In this document: positions 60,975 through 64,000 of the stretch, in pieces
Layout of the letters: every line of letters starts with the position of its first letter
How positions within the stretch are numbered: position 1 is the stretch's first letter
Assembly: GCA_002633005.1 (NCBI GenBank)
Contig: NMRA01000522.1
Location: 74,270 to 138,269 of the forward strand
Length of the DNA: 64,000 nucleotides
Direction of reading: 5' to 3'
Origin: Phoronis australis
Lineage: Eukaryota > Animalia > Phoronida
Notes under the pieces: generated by a model
What the model saw: only the letters and a program-made list of their open reading frames with translations
What the model was told of the DNA's origin: nothing
Databases searched by the model: none
Made by a program: the position numbers and the translations under genes

Positions 60975-63900
60975 AGGCGAAGGCAACCTTTTTTCATGTC
61001 ATTTTTAGCAAAAATAGGGTTCGCTGATTATCCCAGACATATTTTTCACTTATTTATAGCTTTTCGTAATTTAATTAATTACTCGTCGTCTACTCCAGAA
61101 GTGACGTTTTGCGAGGCAAGAATTTCGCGCCAATTTCTTTTCACACAGTCTGACTGTGAGAGCAGTCGAGTCAGTCATTGTTCTACCTCGGTTGTGATAG
61201 GTTCGGTCGTCGTTTGCTTTTGTTTACGAGTCAGTCAACATGCCACGCTGTTGCTGCCTACGGAGATGTACTCATTATCGTCTCACGCACAGAGGAAAAA
61301 CTGTCCCACTTGCCCGAGTGTCCCGCGACACACTCCCAGTGGATGGTGACTTGAGCACCCAAACTGCTTACATCCCGCCGCGCGACTCCCTCGTCACACA
61401 CATGGCACCTTCTAAACAGTTCCATTACAAGTCCACAATAAACTTATCAAACTTAGGCTCACCGATCTGTTCATTGGATGACGAATTGTCCTTTTCACTG
61501 GGTGTCAAACTGGGCCTGTATTCGCTTCCACTACTCAACATCGCTGCAGGGCTGCTTACAGGCTCTGGGATAGAGAAAACAGCACACGGGGAATCACTAC
61601 TAGTTCCTGGAATTGCACTCAATGGGGTACGTTCGAAGGCACGGGTGACAGTAGATGAAGTGCCTCCAGTCACTGTATATAGTGGCCACAGCTCGCGAGG
61701 CTTCTCGCTTCAAAAAACGCACTTCTCGGGGGTGGCGACGGAGCACTGCCGGTTATCAACAGCGTCGGTATGGAACCCTTCTTCAGGCGTAGTTTCGCGG
61801 GGTCCATCATCAATTCAGCGTACCCATCTCTGTCGTAATCTCAGCGGACTTTCCTCACAACTCCTCAGTATCGCACTGGTAAAAACAGCAATGGCCGAGA
61901 CGGTTTCAACCCATTACATACAACCAAGATAAAAAAATAAATTTTTGGCTTGTTTCTTAGCAACAGGCAGGTATACTGAAGGCTATTAAGGGAGTATGCC
62001 ACCCAAAACAGCCTATTATGTATCAATTTAGATCGAGTAGTTCCACTCGATAACAGCAAGTTCACTTGTTTTACCTGACACATGACTGCAGATGGAGGTG
62101 TTGAAATTAACCAATGACGTAACCGGTTCGAACGCAGTCTGTTCAGCAGTTCACAACACGCTTACTGGTGTCAACTTATCGCTTGAATGCATCGTTTTAC
62201 ACCAATAAATCATCAAATTTCGATGTAAAACCCTTACAAATACATCGAGTTCTTGAACAAAGGTGTTGTTTTATTTCGCTGTTACGGATTTATTCGTATT
62301 TGAACATAAGGTAGCCTGCAGAGTTCGGTCAAGGAGTGTAGAGTCCTAGGTTCTATAGGCCTATTTATCATGGTCGATCGCAGGAGTTTGGGTCTCATGT
62401 GCTTGGTGATAAATTAGAATCATCCATCCGTGAAATACAGACATGAAAGATAACTGTGTGTTGTACTTTTAGACCTGCGATTTTTAAGTTCTAATCACAA
62501 AACGCTTGTTATCCCAGCCACTGCCTGGATCGGAATCCGGCGATCAGGCCTGTCGCGGCCGCCGGGACTAGACATCACGAACATAAACCTGCTTCAGTTG
62601 GAAACTAAACCTCCAGTCACAAAAAGACTATACTAGTGAGCCAAAGAAATAATGTGCACGAAATTATTTTGGGGAATTAGCCACGAACCTGCAAATCTAC
62701 TTACTTCTCGGGGGCCGCGAAGTCAATTTGCCCTTTTACAGAACCGACAGGGCAAAAGTTGTACAGTAACAATGATGTCAATAATGTATTTGTATATCTA
62801 AATAAAGATTCCCCTAACATGTGACCATAGTATATAAAATCGAGTTATTGTTTCACAACAGCTTTCTGTCATGAAACACTGAATTAGCATGCGCTCACAC
62901 GGCCTCGGTTCCAGGTCAATTCCATTTATTGCTTCTCAAGCCGGTAACGCAGTGGTTCATTCATTGCTGGCTTCTCAAAACATTTGCTCTCACGAATACT
63001 CCAAAGGCATTATAAATTTTATCTAATGAGACAGGCTTTGTTTTAGATTTATATAAGCATTAGTTAGGGTGAGAATACATCATTTTGAAACAGAACGCAG
63101 AATAATAAACGTCAACATGGCAGCAATCCCGACTTGGCGAGAGCTCATCCGATGAAAACTTCGCAGGTGGATCGTTATGTTTCACAGGCTATCAATTCGA
63201 ACCGGAATACAGCGATCAAGAAATACTAGAGAGGCGCCGTGAACATGAACAGGCAACGGAACGTATTGATAGTTCCGTCTTTGGTAAGCCGGCATTCGTC
63301 GGACTCACTGTCGAAGACTGCCGGCCACAGACACAGAGATGTTTCACGGCCTCATGCTTGCTATTAACAGCGTACTTTTCATTCTTCACCACCGCGAGCC
63401 ACTTCCTAAGCATTTCGGACTCTCGAGGAAGTCGAAAAAACGATATTCCCGCTTTCTTCGCAGCTGCATAGTTCGGACAAGCGGGAACGATGCACCACAA
63501 CATAGCGACATTCACTCTGCAAATGAACCACTGACGTCGCTGCGTCGTTTCTCCCCTTCCTCACAGGTTAACGCGACACCTCTCGGCAAGGTAAGTTCCA
63601 CCGTATGCGAAGCGATGTGGATATAGACCGATTAAGACGGTAAAAAAGACTAATTAAATCGGATGTATTAATAAAATTCTTTTTGAGACACAGTATCATG
63701 ATGGGAACTCTTTTAGGGTTGGTTTACCGACTAATATAAATATTGACTTCGATCAAGCATCAGAATGTGGCGTTCATGGTTACGGACTGCTGCAACTTCT
63801 CATGAAGAACGTTATGGCTATTAAACATAAGAAGGTTCTCGTGAGTTTCAATTCAAATGTATGGTGCAATGGGCAAGATTATGCGGCCTACGTACGTCCT

Positions 63901-64000
63901 GATGCAGTCTAGGCATCCGGTCGCCTGCATTTTTCTATTATGATAAGACGGCATGGACGGATTTTAGAACGGATTTGTCCCCTAATGGCGATTTCATTTT
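60975..64000 (-). mobile_element. Decayed and rearranged Kolobok-type DNA transposon (THAP and Cys/His region of the transposase, plus a KolX-like remnant)
   Basis: TTAA|AGGCGAAGGCAACC terminus. On -: THAP N-half CIVPAC..GISFFRLP..W..VCGR (63503-63318), THAP C-half DYDRDGYAELMMDPAKLRLKKGSIPTL (about 61840-61760), a Ser/Pro linker, then KFIVDL/MELFRRCHVC...GAQVTIHWECVAGHSGKWDS (about 61445-61300). No DDE core found; the right end is outside the window. Confidence 0.7.

Noticed and set aside
61240-61932. 230-aa plus-strand ORF as a host gene
   Set aside because: It is the antisense shadow of the Kolobok transposase remnant and has no recognisable motif.

Overview
AT-rich eukaryotic genomic DNA with spliceosomal introns and many repeats. 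It is most likely from a marine invertebrate (inference only) and is a draft assembly with one 195-N gap and several single-N joins. There are two host genes, arranged tail-to-tail: the last three coding exons of a RUFY (RUN+FYVE) gene on + (1156-2504), and a complete three-exon BMP9/BMP10-type TGF-beta ligand gene on - (12447-7229, 670 aa by my splice model) with an unusually long prodomain. The ~51 kb upstream of the BMP gene has no recognisable host exon and is mostly transposon-derived. It holds a 5'-truncated CR1/L2-group LINE, a full-length decayed Tx1/L1 LINE with a target-site duplication, a 900-bp solo LTR and a TRIM-like mini LTR element with a tRNA-Gln-type PBS and PPT. It also holds Harbinger-, hAT-, IS3EU-, P- and Kolobok-type non-autonomous elements, two multi-level insertion nests, and a decayed Kolobok whose THAP domain is split by a segment carrying an antisense KolX-like exon. 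All family assignments are from motifs read by eye; no database search was run.
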